DNA of 64,000 bases from a bacterium (GCA_027623015.1 JAQBVR010000003.1:2197-66196); one strand, 5' to 3'; counted from the first letter of the stretch, positions 7,815 through 19,163 are shown. The notes: a model not told the origin generated them from the letters alone. A program made the numbers and translations.

Positions 7815-10139
7815 ATGACTACACAAACATCAGCACTGCCAGAAAGCGAAAGCCAAGATGCGTATGCAGAAGTCGAAAATCCTATTGGACCTGTTAAAAG
7901 TGGCGTGTTTATGCAAGTAGATGGCATTGAATATAATTACGGTTTTAACAGAGAAAAAAATCATACCATAGATGGGCGGTTTGATTCAGATGGCTACCTA
8001 TACCGCATTGCGCACGTTGGTACGTACTGTAGTAACAATGGAACACTCGCCTATATAGATGAAAATGGATTTATGAATGTAGGGCTCAATGATGAAAGAA
8101 ATATAGAAGCTCTCGAATCTGCTAACTATGTATCAGGTGAGTTTGCCGTTCCATTTTCTAATGGTGAGATGGCAACAGATAGAGCTGCATATGAACAATT
8201 AAGAGATGTTATGACGGGGATGACTCCCGAAGAGCTAGAGGAACATAGGAGCACAGAGGTGAATAGGTTATTGGAAGAGAGGCGACAATTATTTGCTCAG
8301 GTGGCAGAATTTCCTGAGGAAGATGTGTTATATGAGCAAGTTGCTGAGCAGACAGAGGGCACCGTGCAAGATGTTTCTGAGTTTGCAACCGAGCATGCAG
8401 GGAAAAAGCTTGAGAGGGATAATGCAGGAGCCGATAGGGCAGTGTATAGTGTTAATGGAAAAACATTTGCCTTTAGAAGCAGAGAGGAATTGCCCGAGTA
8501 TGAAACAGCAGCAGCCTCTAAAACAAGAATGGTAGGGGGTGGGCCGAGAGAAACATCTTTGGATGATTTTCAAGAGTACGAACAAAGAATGTCTGTAGGC
8601 AATGAAGGAAGTTCAGAGCATTTGAGTGCAACAAAATCACTTCTTGGAGTCGTAGAAACTGCCATAGCTCTTGGGAGTGAAGATGAATCACTCGAGGTTC
8701 TGAAAGAAGAGATTCAAAGCGGACACTACTCCAAGAGGGCGCTTGCTCTTATAGATGCGATTATCGCGTGTGATTATGTTTCCTATTCAGAGTTTACGGA
8801 AGAAAAAACAACAGATGGTGAAGCCGTGGTTGTTTTAGCTCTTATGGGGGACAGAAACGCTCAGGAGATAGTGGCAAAAAAACTTCATTCTTTGCAATAT
8901 ACAGATGCACACATTCGCGATGGTGAAAATTTCTATAGAGATCTCAAAAAGACTGAAGGTGAACCGTTTGATACCAGTGAGCTTGCTATCGTGCATGCTA
9001 CAAGTTACGAGCCCCAAAGAACTGAAGAAGGTGAATTTGATATAAGAACCACATTTGATGCTACAAATGGAGAAATTCCCCGAAATAGTATGCATACCAC
9101 ACTCAATCATAAAGTTACGTCTCACATGCAAGGAAACTGGGATAGCAGTGGGTACACACTCGTTTCAACACTCGACAATATGATGGAAGCTAATGGTCCG
9201 CCTATGGTGCTTCATAGTATAGATACGTATTGGACAAGGGACCCTGGCGAAAAATTGCGATTCCATAATGCTGTAATGGTGCGATGGGGTGGTGATTTGG
9301 GAGATGACTTTTATAAGAGAGATGGTGAATATATGAATGTAAAGTCGGAGGGGTTTACCGCTCAAGATATTGTGAAGCTAAACGATATGGCAGAAATGCG
9401 TTCCAATGTTTATGGATTGTCAGTAGAACTTTCTGCAGCATTTCAGCGTTACGTAAAAGATGAATCAAATGCATTACTGAAAACTGTAGATTCTACTAAG
9501 GTTTTTGAGAATTTTGGCATGAGTCCATATATCCCAGTATCACCGATATTTAGTGAAATAGCAGAAATGGTAGAGAGCTCCTCTAAACCCATTTCTATTG
9601 CACAGGCAATCACAGCAATTTTTGATAGATATAATGTTCGTGAAGCTATTTCAGGAGAAAATGCAGAGAATACCTACAGAGAAATGTGTACAGAATTCTC
9701 TCAGGTTGTTGAAGGAAAGTTTGCAAGTATTATCAATCAGCAAGCAGTCAATGACGTTATCCGCTCAATGGATTGCAAAGTTGCGGCAGGAAACCCTTCA
9801 CACTGGGTAGGGGAAATGGGGGCCGAAGAATATAGATTGCGCATACTTGCTAATGCAATTGGATCTAGGACAGGAAAGCACGAAGGGCAACCAGATCTTA
9901 GAACTACACAAAATTGGATAGAAGCAGATGCAAAAGCTCGAACGGAAGAGCACTACAGAGATAGTGCATTTGACTGGACTAAGTACACTATGGCATATGA
10001 AGTGCTTTTGCCGAAAGTTGACCAGAAAACACGCAGAATGCTTTACGCAAGTGGTCTTATGGATGCAGTTGATAAAACTGAAGCTTTGCAAAGGAGAAAG
10101 CAGGAAAAATATGATGCTAAAGAAACGCTGAGTGGTTAG
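7815..10139 (+). CDS. large acidic hypothetical protein (~774 aa)
   Basis: Long ORF with TATAAT 6 nt before ATG; motif-like core IVHATSYEP...RNSMHTTLNHKVTSHMQGNWD...DTYW. Confidence 0.8.
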   Translation: MTTQTSALPESESQDAYAEVENPIGPVKSGVFMQVDGIEYNYGFNREKNHTIDGRFDSDGYLYRIAHVGTYCSNNGTLAYIDENGFMNVGLNDERNIEALESANYVSGEFAVPFSNGEMATDRAAYEQLRDVMTGMTPEELEEHRSTEVNRLLEERRQLFAQVAEFPEEDVLYEQVAEQTEGTVQDVSEFATEHAGKKLERDNAGADRAVYSVNGKTFAFRSREELPEYETAAASKTRMVGGGPRETSLDDFQEYEQRMSVGNEGSSEHLSATKSLLGVVETAIALGSEDESLEVLKEEIQSGHYSKRALALIDAIIACDYVSYSEFTEEKTTDGEAVVVLALMGDRNAQEIVAKKLHSLQYTDAHIRDGENFYRDLKKTEGEPFDTSELAIVHATSYEPQRTEEGEFDIRTTFDATNGEIPRNSMHTTLNHKVTSHMQGNWDSSGYTLVSTLDNMMEANGPPMVLHSIDTYWTRDPGEKLRFHNAVMVRWGGDLGDDFYKRDGEYMNVKSEGFTAQDIVKLNDMAEMRSNVYGLSVELSAAFQRYVKDESNALLKTVDSTKVFENFGMSPYIPVSPIFSEIAEMVESSSKPISIAQAITAIFDRYNVREAISGENAENTYREMCTEFSQVVEGKFASIINQQAVNDVIRSMDCKVAAGNPSHWVGEMGAEEYRLRILANAIGSRTGKHEGQPDLRTTQNWIEADAKARTEEHYRDSAFDWTKYTMAYEVLLPKVDQKTRRMLYASGLMDAVDKTEALQRRKQEKYDAKETLSG

Positions 10140-10193
10140 GATAAAAATGAGTTGGTAGTTACTATAGACGAAAATTGTGCTATAATAATGTGA

Positions 10194-11336
10194 ATGACTC
10201 ACAAACAAAAAAACATCCTCATCATTACCATATTGGCGATTTGTGCTTTTGCAGCAGCATCAAAAAACATTCATGCGATGCTGACAGCGTCTGAGCGATA
10301 TCTTGTATATGATCGTACACAGAAGCTTGCCGCACCAGTATCTGCAGAAGTCCCTGTCGTGAGTCCGCGTCGATCTAGAGAATTACACATGGCACAGCTT
10401 GCACGTGAAAAACGTCGTGTTCGTTTGGAGCTTGCACTAAAACACAGGACTATCGATGCCTATAAAGAGCAGGGTGTGGATCTTACAGACATAGAAGAGG
10501 CAGAAGCATTTGTACAGAAAGAAGGTAAAGCTCTACGTGGTCTTGTAAAGGATGTTGTGATCAACGATGAACGTGTAAGAGGACGATCCTTTTATGGCAG
10601 GATTTTTCGTGCACTCAAAGCTATTCGCGCTCCACGAGAAGCGCAGATCCTCAGTGATCGCCATGCAGAACTAACAGATTCTTATCAGCGACTCCAACGC
10701 TCTCAATATGTGATGAATAGCAGCATGCATAGTTCAGGCATAGATAAAGAAGAGATACTCCGCGTAAGAGCAGAGGTAGATGCAGACATTGAAAGCTTGC
10801 AGTCAGAACTTGAACGCATCGACGCACGTATTCGTCGCCAAGCTGAGCGTCGACTTATAGATATGGGACTTCGTGGATCACGTTCGGGTGAATACTCGAA
10901 GGAGTATGAATTTGAGATCGATGGCAGCATCTCGTGGCCTGTCTACAGTCGACGCATCACTGCAGGGTTTCGAGAACCTTCTTATGTTGGTGTGTTCGGC
11001 GTGCCACATAAGGGTATGGATATAGCAGTGCCACAAGGTACACCTGTCTACAGTGCTGCAGATGGCGTGGTGTATACAGCACGTAACGGTGGAGCAACGG
11101 GATACTCGTATGTCCTTATCGGTCACCGCGGAGGATTCGCGACACTGTACGGACACCTATCTCACTTGTCTGTTACGAAGGGGCAAGACGTTACCCGTGG
11201 GCAAATGATTGGTCTAAGTGGCGGAACTCCAGGGACGTCAGGTGCAGGTGGTATGACCACAGGCGCACATCTTCACCTCGAAGTTATCGATGGTGGTGTG
11301 CAGGTGAATCCGTTGAATATATTGCCACGTTCGTAG
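10194..11336 (+). CDS. M23-family peptidoglycan endopeptidase with coiled-coil N-terminus
   Basis: Signal/anchor; HKGMD, TLYGHL, HLHLEV zinc motifs. Confidence 0.9.
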   Translation: MTHKQKNILIITILAICAFAAASKNIHAMLTASERYLVYDRTQKLAAPVSAEVPVVSPRRSRELHMAQLAREKRRVRLELALKHRTIDAYKEQGVDLTDIEEAEAFVQKEGKALRGLVKDVVINDERVRGRSFYGRIFRALKAIRAPREAQILSDRHAELTDSYQRLQRSQYVMNSSMHSSGIDKEEILRVRAEVDADIESLQSELERIDARIRRQAERRLIDMGLRGSRSGEYSKEYEFEIDGSISWPVYSRRITAGFREPSYVGVFGVPHKGMDIAVPQGTPVYSAADGVVYTARNGGATGYSYVLIGHRGGFATLYGHLSHLSVTKGQDVTRGQMIGLSGGTPGTSGAGGMTTGAHLHLEVIDGGVQVNPLNILPRS

Positions 11337-11341
11337 ACCGA

Positions 11342-11472
11342 CCTCACCCTAACCCCCTCCTTTCTTGTCGGCCATAGCCAAGAGGCGACTGTTGAGCGAA
11401 GGAGAGGGAACTGTTTTTGTTTTGTTCCCCCCCCTCTTTTCCGCAGAGGAGAGGGGGTTAGGGGGGTGAGGT
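11342..11472. repeat. REP-like inverted pair (CCCCTCTCC/GGAGAGGGG family) with a GCCATAGC-family unit inside one loop
   Basis: CCTCACCCTAACCCCCTCC...GGAGAGGG and CCCCTCT...GGAGAGGGGGTTAGGGGGGTGAGG between convergent genes. Confidence 0.8.
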
Positions 11473-11477
11473 CGGCC

Positions 11478-12149
11478 TTACTTCGGTCCAACGATCACCA
11501 CGAACTCTCCTTTCTTCGTCATGTTTGTTAAAAGTTCAGGTAAGTCTTTTACCGTTGTTCGAATAATGTCTTCATACATTTTGGTGAGCTCACGTCCGAT
11601 GACGATAGTACGATCTGGTTGAGTTGCAAGATTTTTCGCTATTTCGTTCAATGTTCGTTCTATTCTGTGGACGGATTCATACAGAACAATTGTTCGTTTC
11701 TCATCTGCAAATGAAGAGAAGAGTGTTTGCCGTCCTTTCTTTAGAGGAGGGAAGCCAAGATAGACGAACTTATCTATCGGTAGTCCACTTGCGCTCAGTG
11801 CTGCAAGAAATGCAGATGGTCCAGGGATGACTTCCATTTTGATTCCATGCTCATGCATCTTCGACACAATCGCGTAGCCTGGATCTGAGATGCCTGGCGT
11901 TCCTGCATCGGAGACGAGAGCGAGATGCTCTCCTTTTTCGAGTCGCTCTACGATGTTGTCTATCTTTTTGGGGTTCGTGTAGCCATGACAGCTGATGAGT
12001 TCCTTCTTTGGGATCTCAAGCATCTTGAGGAGATTCCCTGTGACACGAGTATCTTCACAGACGATAGCATCACATTTCTTGAGGGTTTCTATTGCTCGTA
12101 GAGTGATATCGCCAAGGTTGCCTATGGGGGTGGAAACGATTGAGAGCAT
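11478..12149 (-). CDS. rsmI: 16S rRNA C1402 2'-O-methyltransferase
   Basis: STPIGNLGDITLRA, CEDTR, VSDAGTPGISDPG, YESVHR, RELTKMYE, KGEFV. Confidence 0.95.
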   Translation of the reverse strand: MLSIVSTPIGNLGDITLRAIETLKKCDAIVCEDTRVTGNLLKMLEIPKKELISCHGYTNPKKIDNIVERLEKGEHLALVSDAGTPGISDPGYAIVSKMHEHGIKMEVIPGPSAFLAALSASGLPIDKFVYLGFPPLKKGRQTLFSSFADEKRTIVLYESVHRIERTLNEIAKNLATQPDRTIVIGRELTKMYEDIIRTTVKDLPELLTNMTKKGEFVVIVGPK

Positions 12150-12169
12150 GGGTCTGTATCTTAGTCTTG

Positions 12170-12310
12170 TAAGGAAATAAGGGGAATAAGAGAAATAAAA
12201 GAAATAAGGGAAAGCTCATAGTTTCTTTTCTGTGGTATGTGCTAGTTAAAACAATGAAGATTGTAAAAATTCCAACTCCCTTATTTCTCTTAGTTCCCCT
12301 TATTTCTTCT
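12170..12310. repeat. inverted pair of ~9-mer tandem arrays (AAGAGAAAT-like / ATTTCTCTT-like)
   Basis: AAGGAAATAAGGGGAATAAGAGAAATAAAAGAAATAAGGGA ... TCCCTTATTTCTCTTAGTTCCCCTTATTTCTT. Confidence 0.75.
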
Positions 12311-12408
12311 CTAAATTGTATCTATTTTTCATAGAATCATCCTTCCATAAGAAAAAAATAGCGCTATACTCGTTGCGACCGATCGGTCTGTTTTGAGACA
12401 CTTTCTCT

Positions 12409-15120
12409 ATGGCTAAAAAGGACGACGATACACCAAAGGACGAGGATCCAAATCAGCAATTACCACTCGGTGATGATGAAGGAGATTCCAGTGAATCCCC
12501 TAAAAGTGCTGATCCTGTGATAGACGATAATGATTCTGGAGAGGTCTTCAAGACTATCTCGAGTGTTGGTAAGCTTGAAGCAAGGCCTATCGTTGCAGAG
12601 ATGGAAGAGAGTTACTTGAACTACTCTATGAGTGTGATCGTTTCTCGTGCCTTACCCGATGCGCGTGATGGTCTGAAGCCTGTACACCGCCGTATTTTGT
12701 ACGCGATGCATGAGATGGGGCTCCGCAGCGGATCGAAATATAAGAAGTGTGCTGCTGTTGTTGGAGACGTTCTTGGTAAGTATCACCCCCATGGAGATAC
12801 AGCTGTGTATGACTCTATGGTTCGTATGGCACAGGAGTTTTCTATGCGTCACATGCTGGTCGATGGTCAGGGAAACTTTGGATCTATAGATGGAGATAGT
12901 GCAGCTGCCATGCGTTATACAGAGTCGAAGATGAAAAGGATTGCGGAAGAGATTTTGCAAGATATTGATAAAAATACGGTAGAGTTTGCTCCGAACTACG
13001 ATGGGTCACGTAAGGAGCCTAGAGTTCTTCCAGCTAAAGTACCTAATCTTCTTCTTAATGGATCTGTGGGTATTGCTGTGGGTATGGCAACGAACATTCC
13101 GCCACATAACCTTAACGAACTTGTCGATGCTATCGTGCATCTTATAGAGAATAAAGACGCTACTGTAGAAGACCTTTTACAGTACATCCAAGGTCCTGAC
13201 TTTCCTACAGGTGGAATCGTTTATAACAAAGAGACACTGATTCAGGCGTACCTCACGGGACGTGGTTCTGTTGTGGTTCGTGGTAAGGCTGAGATTGAGG
13301 AGATGAAAAATGGTCGATACCGCATACGCGTATCGGAGATTCCATACCAGGTAAATAAGTCAACGATGATCGAGAAGATGGCACGGTTGGTACAAGACAA
13401 GTTTATTCAAGGAATCTCTGACATTCGAGATGAATCTGACCGTAATGGTATCCGTATCATTATCGAATTGAAGAAAGATGCGTATCCACAGAAGGTACTA
13501 AACTTACTTTTCAAGCACACAGATTTACAGTCGAGTTTTGGATACAACACTATAGCTCTTGCAGATGGTTTGCAGCCACGATTGCTCAATCTACAAGAGA
13601 TGTTGAATATTTTTATCGAACACCGACGCGTTGTAATCACTCGACGAATAACATTTGAGCGAGATAAAGCTAGAGAGCGTGCGCACATTCTCGAAGGGTT
13701 AAAGATTGCTCTCAATAATATCGATAAGGTGATTGAAACCATTAGAAAAAGTGAGACAAAGGAGATCGCCAAAGCGAACTTGATATCCAGCTTTAAACTT
13801 TCAGTCCTACAGGCAGACGCCATTTTGCAGATGCGTTTGCAAACACTGGCAGGACTAGAGCGAAAGAAGATTGAAAACGAACTTGTTGAGAAGCTTGCCT
13901 TCATCGCTGAATGCGAAGCGATCCTTGCAGATCCAACGAAGATTGATAAGATCCTGAAAGAAGAAATTGTAGAGATAAAAGCAAAGTATGGAGATGAGCG
14001 TCGTACAACTATCGTTTCACATCCAGTAGGTCAGTTTAGTGCGAAGGACACTATTCCGAATTCACCGATGATTGTTACTCTTACTGATGGTGGGTACGTA
14101 AAACGATTGAGTCCTATGCAGTTCCGTTCTCAGGCTCGTGGTGGAAAGGGTGTGAAGGGTATGACGACTAAGGATGATGATGAGATGCACTCAATGCTCC
14201 ATGTCATGAACCACGATGACCTTCTTTTCTTTACAAATACTGGTCGTGTGTTCAAGCTTCCTGCCTATGAGCTTCCACAAGGAAGTCGTATCGCTAAGGG
14301 GCAAGCAATCGTAAACTTGTTACAGCTACAACCAGATGAGCTTGTTACTGCGGTTCTTAAATCAGATCTAGAAGACAAAACACACCTCTTCATGGTGACG
14401 GAACACGGAACAGTAAAACGTACAGAGCTTACACAGTTTGATAACATCCGTCGTAGTGGTCTTATCGCTCAGAAAATGAATGCTGGAGATACTCTTCGAT
14501 GGGTTCTTGCGACGACTGGAAATGATGAGGTTATTATCTTGAGCAAGAAAGGAAAGGCTATTCGTTTCAAGGAAGAAGATGTTCGAAGTATGGGTCGTAG
14601 CGCTGCAGGTGTTCGTGGTATCCGACTTGGTGATGGTGATATCGTTGTCGAAGCAGATGCAATTGATCATCCGGATACAAGTAAGGTATTGATCGTCATG
14701 GAAAATGGACTTGGTAAGATGACGGCCGTTTCACAGTATCGATTTCAGGGTCGTGGTGGTAGTGGTGTAAAAGCAGCACAGTTGAGTGCAAAGACTGGTG
14801 ATGTTATCGGTGGGTGCATTCTCCAAGATGGAGAGGATGGAGATCTTCTCTGTATAAGTAAGCAAGGACAGACGATTCGTATGCGCTTGAGTGATATCCC
14901 TTCTCGTGGTCGAGCAACGCAAGGAGTTATCGTTATGCGTCTCAATGGTAAAGATAAAGTAGCAAGTGTGAGCGTGGTTATGGAGGATAAAGAGGGTGAA
15001 GAAGCTGTGGCTGAGGCTCAGGAAGAGACACGTGAAGAAGAGATAGAGGTCCTTAAAAAGGAGCAAAGAAGCGTAAAACGAGCAGAAACCGCAGGCAAGA
15101 AGAAAGCTGCAGGTAAGTAG
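12409..15120 (+). CDS. gyrA: DNA gyrase subunit A
   Basis: [29 protein letters not shown], GyrA-box QARGGKG, C-terminal pinwheel repeats. Confidence 0.98.
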   Translation: MAKKDDDTPKDEDPNQQLPLGDDEGDSSESPKSADPVIDDNDSGEVFKTISSVGKLEARPIVAEMEESYLNYSMSVIVSRALPDARDGLKPVHRRILYAMHEMGLRSGSKYKKCAAVVGDVLGKYHPHGDTAVYDSMVRMAQEFSMRHMLVDGQGNFGSIDGDSAAAMRYTESKMKRIAEEILQDIDKNTVEFAPNYDGSRKEPRVLPAKVPNLLLNGSVGIAVGMATNIPPHNLNELVDAIVHLIENKDATVEDLLQYIQGPDFPTGGIVYNKETLIQAYLTGRGSVVVRGKAEIEEMKNGRYRIRVSEIPYQVNKSTMIEKMARLVQDKFIQGISDIRDESDRNGIRIIIELKKDAYPQKVLNLLFKHTDLQSSFGYNTIALADGLQPRLLNLQEMLNIFIEHRRVVITRRITFERDKARERAHILEGLKIALNNIDKVIETIRKSETKEIAKANLISSFKLSVLQADAILQMRLQTLAGLERKKIENELVEKLAFIAECEAILADPTKIDKILKEEIVEIKAKYGDERRTTIVSHPVGQFSAKDTIPNSPMIVTLTDGGYVKRLSPMQFRSQARGGKGVKGMTTKDDDEMHSMLHVMNHDDLLFFTNTGRVFKLPAYELPQGSRIAKGQAIVNLLQLQPDELVTAVLKSDLEDKTHLFMVTEHGTVKRTELTQFDNIRRSGLIAQKMNAGDTLRWVLATTGNDEVIILSKKGKAIRFKEEDVRSMGRSAAGVRGIRLGDGDIVVEADAIDHPDTSKVLIVMENGLGKMTAVSQYRFQGRGGSGVKAAQLSAKTGDVIGGCILQDGEDGDLLCISKQGQTIRMRLSDIPSRGRATQGVIVMRLNGKDKVASVSVVMEDKEGEEAVAEAQEETREEEIEVLKKEQRSVKRAETAGKKKAAGK

Positions 15121-15307
15121 ATATTCTATCGGTGATAAAAGAAATAGGGGCAATAGAGGATTCTTTGCGTTAGATTTCAACAATATATCTATAGAACAAC
15201 TTCCAAATCCTTCATTTCTTTTATTGTTTCTATTTCTTCGTTCATTCTATTAAAATTCCTCACCGATCTCTTGCATCTATAAAGCGAAACTGTACAATTC
15301 TTTCGTT

Positions 15308-15520
15308 ATGAAACTTGGTATCCATCCACAAATCCACGACGGCGCAAAGGTAACATGCAGCTCCTGCAATGCAGTATTTGATATCCCTTCTACGATTGAA
15401 GAGCATTCAGTGGAAAGTTGTCGCCTTTGTCATGCTGTATATACAGGGAAGCAGCAAAAAGAGCTTAAGGGAGGTAGAGTCGAGAGATTTCGCAAGAGGA
15501 TGGCAAAATCCAAGGAATAG
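15308..15520 (+). CDS. rpmE: 50S ribosomal protein L31 (Cys-containing type)
   Basis: MKLGIHP, CSSC, CRLCHAVYTGKQ, GRVERF. Confidence 0.93.
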   Translation: MKLGIHPQIHDGAKVTCSSCNAVFDIPSTIEEHSVESCRLCHAVYTGKQQKELKGGRVERFRKRMAKSKE

Positions 15521-15579
15521 GGCATTTGAGGTGCTCGACGTACTCGAAGGGTTCGAGGTGCTATTTGATAATGCAATAA

Positions 15580-15606
15580 CTGGCAGTAAACGCCATAGAG
15601 TGCTAA
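15580..15606 (+). promoter_or_regulatory. CIRCE-like HrcA operator overlapping an extended -10 of hrcA
   Basis: CTGGCAGTA-N9-GAGTGCTAA versus consensus TTAGCACTC-N9-GAGTGCTAA; right arm exact; TGCTAAAAT ends 7 nt before the hrcA ATG. Confidence 0.75.
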
Positions 15607-15616
15607 AATATAGTAT

Positions 15617-16327
15617 ATGAATGAGCGACAGAGTAAGCTGCTGGTCACCATAATCAACCAGTTCATACAGACAGCAATTCCGGTTGGGTCTAAAAAACTT
15701 GTTGAGTCGGGTTTATTTGATTGTAGTTCAGCCACAATTCGCAATGAGATGCTCCAGTTAGAGGACGAAGGATTTCTTGAGCAGCCACATATCTCTGCAG
15801 GCCGTGTGCCATCTGCAAAGGGGTATAGGGCATATGTACAGGCGCATATGGAGCCTGCGAAGAAGGAAAGGACAATAATGAAACAGTTTGAGATTTTGAA
15901 GTCACACTATTTTCAGAGGAAGGATCAGGAGCGTGCATACGATGCTGTTGCTATGTTATCACATATGATTCCAAATGTAGCTTTTGCATCTGTCCCTCAT
16001 AAAGACCAAGTCTTTTACTTGGGTCTTGCAAATGTCTTGCGGCAGCCAGAATTTCTTGCTGACCCACGATTAGCAAGTGGTGTAGCAGAGGTTTTGGAGA
16101 ATCACTTAAGTGCGTTACTGGAAGAGGTGACTGTTGATGATCATGTTCGGTATTACATTGGAGAGGAGGATGTTCTTCCACAGATTCAAAGCTGTAGCCT
16201 GATGGCAGTGGAGTATACTATGCGTGGAGAGCGTGGAGTACTAGGTATACTTGGGCCCATGCGTATGGATTATTCATATAATACAGTCGCTCTGACGCTC
16301 GCATCTGATTTACTTCGCTCGCTATAA
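15617..16327 (+). CDS. hrcA: heat-inducible transcription repressor HrcA (short form)
   Basis: PVGSKKL, SSATIRNEM, QPHISAGRVPS, LGILGPMRMDY. Confidence 0.9.
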   Translation: MNERQSKLLVTIINQFIQTAIPVGSKKLVESGLFDCSSATIRNEMLQLEDEGFLEQPHISAGRVPSAKGYRAYVQAHMEPAKKERTIMKQFEILKSHYFQRKDQERAYDAVAMLSHMIPNVAFASVPHKDQVFYLGLANVLRQPEFLADPRLASGVAEVLENHLSALLEEVTVDDHVRYYIGEEDVLPQIQSCSLMAVEYTMRGERGVLGILGPMRMDYSYNTVALTLASDLLRSL

Positions 16328-16330
16328 TCT

Positions 16331-19036
16331 GTGGACATAAAACTCTTACATATCCGTGCAGGGCAAGAGAATGAACGGGGACCGTTGTATATGGAGCCTA
16401 CGATATCTGCTATTCACTCGCTGAAAAAAAATAATAAGCAAGTACACCTAGAAGTTGGTGTTGCTGCTGGTAAAATTGCGCTGTATGCACGTGGATCAAG
16501 AATCGCTTTGCATCTTACAGAAAGTCAGTTGTATGCACAGTATCCAGATGTAGATATCGAGCGTTTATCTGAAGACCCTTTTGTGTCTTCTGAAGATGAG
16601 TACGTCGTGTCTTCAGATTTACAACTTGTTGATCCTGAGGTATTTCCCATAAAACGTCATCCACAATTTGATGACATGCTTACACGTGTCAATGTTGATT
16701 CGTTAGCAGGAATTACTTCTGCATTATCACGCTATCCTGATCTTGGAATGCGTGGGCATGTGCAAGTCATTATGATGCCTATCGGGACGGATTATCGTAG
16801 ACGTGCTATTCGGTTTTTGCCATTGCTCGAGAAAGGCTTGGCATCTATTTCTGAAAATTATGCGTGCTTCTTTGCACGAATGCAACTTGCACGTGGCTGG
16901 AGGAGGGTCGCGTATATGCCTATGGCAATGGCTATGGGAGGATTTCGTGTTTGGCCTGGGTTTGGTAAATTTCTGAAGGCACCATCTCTTTCTGGTGATA
17001 TTTCATCTTCAGACTCAGATTATGATGAGGCAGAGAAAGTTACAACACGGTCGCATGACAGAGAAGATTCTGTTTCTGCAGCAATGGATAAGGTAAACCG
17101 CTTACTATTTGTGTGTACGGTTCGTGTCAGTGTGATCTATAAAAAAGGTAGTGAAGAGACTGCTCTCGGAAAACTATCGGAGATAGCAGGAAGCTTTTCA
17201 CAGTTTTCGCTTCCTAACTGCAATGCTTTTGAGGAAGGCAAGGTACGACATAGCAATCAGATTGATTATTCTATGCAGTCAAATCCTTATGTTCTTTCCA
17301 CAGAAGAGATTGCTACATTGTGGCACTTGCCTACTATTCTTGTGCAAACGCCAAATCTTGATTGGGTCATTAGTAAGAAGCTCGAACCACCACTCAATCT
17401 TCCTATCATGGATGAGGAAAATATTGAGGATCTTACTGTTATTGGTGAGTCTATATTTCGTGGTGAAAAGAAGAGGTTTGGTATTAAACCTATAGACCGT
17501 ACACGTCATATTTACTGCATAGGAAAGACGGGTATGGGTAAGTCTACAGTTCTGGAAAATATGGTCTTCTCTGATATTCAAGCAGGAAAAGGAGTTGGTG
17601 TTATAGATCCTCATGGAGACCTTATCGATGCGATCTTGGAGTTTGTTCCGAAGGAACGTAGCAACGATGTTGTACTTTTTGATCCTTCGGATACAGATTA
17701 TCCTATTTCGTTTAACATTCTCGAGTGTGCAGACAAGGAACAACGAGTTCTTGTAGCATCTGGAATTATGAGCGTATTTACAAAGTTATGGCCAGATGTC
17801 TGGAGTGGTCGCATGGAACACATATTGCGCAACACGCTTCTTGCCCTTCTTGAGAACGAAGGTACGTCTATGCTTGGTATCATGCGTGTATTTGCAGATG
17901 ATAACTTCCGTCATAAGATTGTCTCTCGTGTAACTGACCCACTCGTGAAGAGCTTCTGGGTAGATGAATACGAGTCGTGGAGCGAGAAGTACCGTACGGA
18001 GGCTATTGCAGCTATTCAAAACAAGGTAGGCCAGCTGCTTTCTACACCTCTCATACGAAATATCATTGGACAGGTGAAGAGTACGCTCGACATCCGTCAT
18101 GCGATGGATAGTGGCAAGATCATCTTAGTCAATCTAAGCAAAGGAAAGTTGGGAGAAGATGCATCTGCATTTCTTGGGTCTATGCTTGTAACCAAATTCC
18201 AGATTGATGCCATGAGCAGGGCAGATATTCCAGAAAAGGATCGTCGACCTTTCTATCTGTATGTAGATGAATTCCAGAACTTTGCGACTGAGTCCTTTGC
18301 GACCATTCTTTCCGAAGCACGTAAATATAAGCTCTGTTTGACTATGGCAAACCAATATATTGGCCAATTGCTTATAGGAGATAAGAGTACAGCTCTCAAA
18401 GATGCTGTATTTGGTAACGTTGGTTCTATCGTAGCGTTCCAGGTTGGTAGTGATGACGCTGAAGTCTTTAGTCTCCAGTTTGAAGAGTTAGTCCTTCCAA
18501 AAGACATCCTTAGTTTGCCAAAGTATCATGCATACGTTCGCTTGATGATCGATGGTATGCCAGGTAAGCCATTCTCTGTTCAGTCACTTCCGCCACCCGA
18601 ATATGACCATGATGATGGTCGTTCCACTATGCTCAGGCGCCTCTCTCGTGAGCGTTATACTGAGAAGCGTTCTGTGGTCGAAGAGAAGATCAACAAGTGG
18701 GCAGCAAGCGCTGCAGAGGCACGTGGTCAGTCTGTTGCTGCTGGTAAGGCAAAGGAAAAAGAAGAAGAGGAGATGAAGAAGGCCAGAAAGAAAAAGATGA
18801 GCCTAGAAGAGTATCGCACATGGCGAGATAAGGAGATGTGGTCTAATGATTTCAATGCTCTTCGCAAGCGTGCACTCATTGACGAAGATCTCAACGATGC
18901 AGAAAAAAAGCAGTATGCAGATCTGCAAAAGAAGCTAAAAGAGAGTGGGGGAGTTCCTCCCCTGAGTAAGGCTGTGCAGGAACTCGTCGATAAGAAGTCT
19001 TCTCCGCAAGCTTCGAAGACTACTGAGACAGAATAA
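16331..19036 (+). CDS. VirD4/TraG/HerA-like P-loop ATPase (type IV coupling-protein-like)
   Basis: RHIYCIGKTGMGKS (Walker A), IDPHGD, LYVDEFQNF (Walker B), SEARKY, ANQY. Confidence 0.88.
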   Translation: MDIKLLHIRAGQENERGPLYMEPTISAIHSLKKNNKQVHLEVGVAAGKIALYARGSRIALHLTESQLYAQYPDVDIERLSEDPFVSSEDEYVVSSDLQLVDPEVFPIKRHPQFDDMLTRVNVDSLAGITSALSRYPDLGMRGHVQVIMMPIGTDYRRRAIRFLPLLEKGLASISENYACFFARMQLARGWRRVAYMPMAMAMGGFRVWPGFGKFLKAPSLSGDISSSDSDYDEAEKVTTRSHDREDSVSAAMDKVNRLLFVCTVRVSVIYKKGSEETALGKLSEIAGSFSQFSLPNCNAFEEGKVRHSNQIDYSMQSNPYVLSTEEIATLWHLPTILVQTPNLDWVISKKLEPPLNLPIMDEENIEDLTVIGESIFRGEKKRFGIKPIDRTRHIYCIGKTGMGKSTVLENMVFSDIQAGKGVGVIDPHGDLIDAILEFVPKERSNDVVLFDPSDTDYPISFNILECADKEQRVLVASGIMSVFTKLWPDVWSGRMEHILRNTLLALLENEGTSMLGIMRVFADDNFRHKIVSRVTDPLVKSFWVDEYESWSEKYRTEAIAAIQNKVGQLLSTPLIRNIIGQVKSTLDIRHAMDSGKIILVNLSKGKLGEDASAFLGSMLVTKFQIDAMSRADIPEKDRRPFYLYVDEFQNFATESFATILSEARKYKLCLTMANQYIGQLLIGDKSTALKDAVFGNVGSIVAFQVGSDDAEVFSLQFEELVLPKDILSLPKYHAYVRLMIDGMPGKPFSVQSLPPPEYDHDDGRSTMLRRLSRERYTEKRSVVEEKINKWAASAAEARGQSVAAGKAKEKEEEEMKKARKKKMSLEEYRTWRDKEMWSNDFNALRKRALIDEDLNDAEKKQYADLQKKLKESGGVPPLSKAVQELVDKKSSPQASKTTETE

Positions 19037-19102
19037 TTACACAGCTTGGTGCGTCTTCGCGAATAAGCCACTTAGTTTGTTCTATCGATCTTTTGATAAT
19101 AG

Positions 19103-19126
19103 CGGCGTAGCGATATCGCTACGCCG
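19103..19126. repeat. 24-bp perfect palindrome downstream of the ATPase
   Basis: CGGCGTAGCGAT|ATCGCTACGCCG. Confidence 0.8.
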
Positions 19127-19163
19127 TCATAGGGGATGTATTTCCCCGATTGTTATATTCATA

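Noticed and set aside
16331..19036. Conjugative element or ICE
   Set aside because: No relaxase, VirB4, integrase or att repeats; gene lies among housekeeping genes
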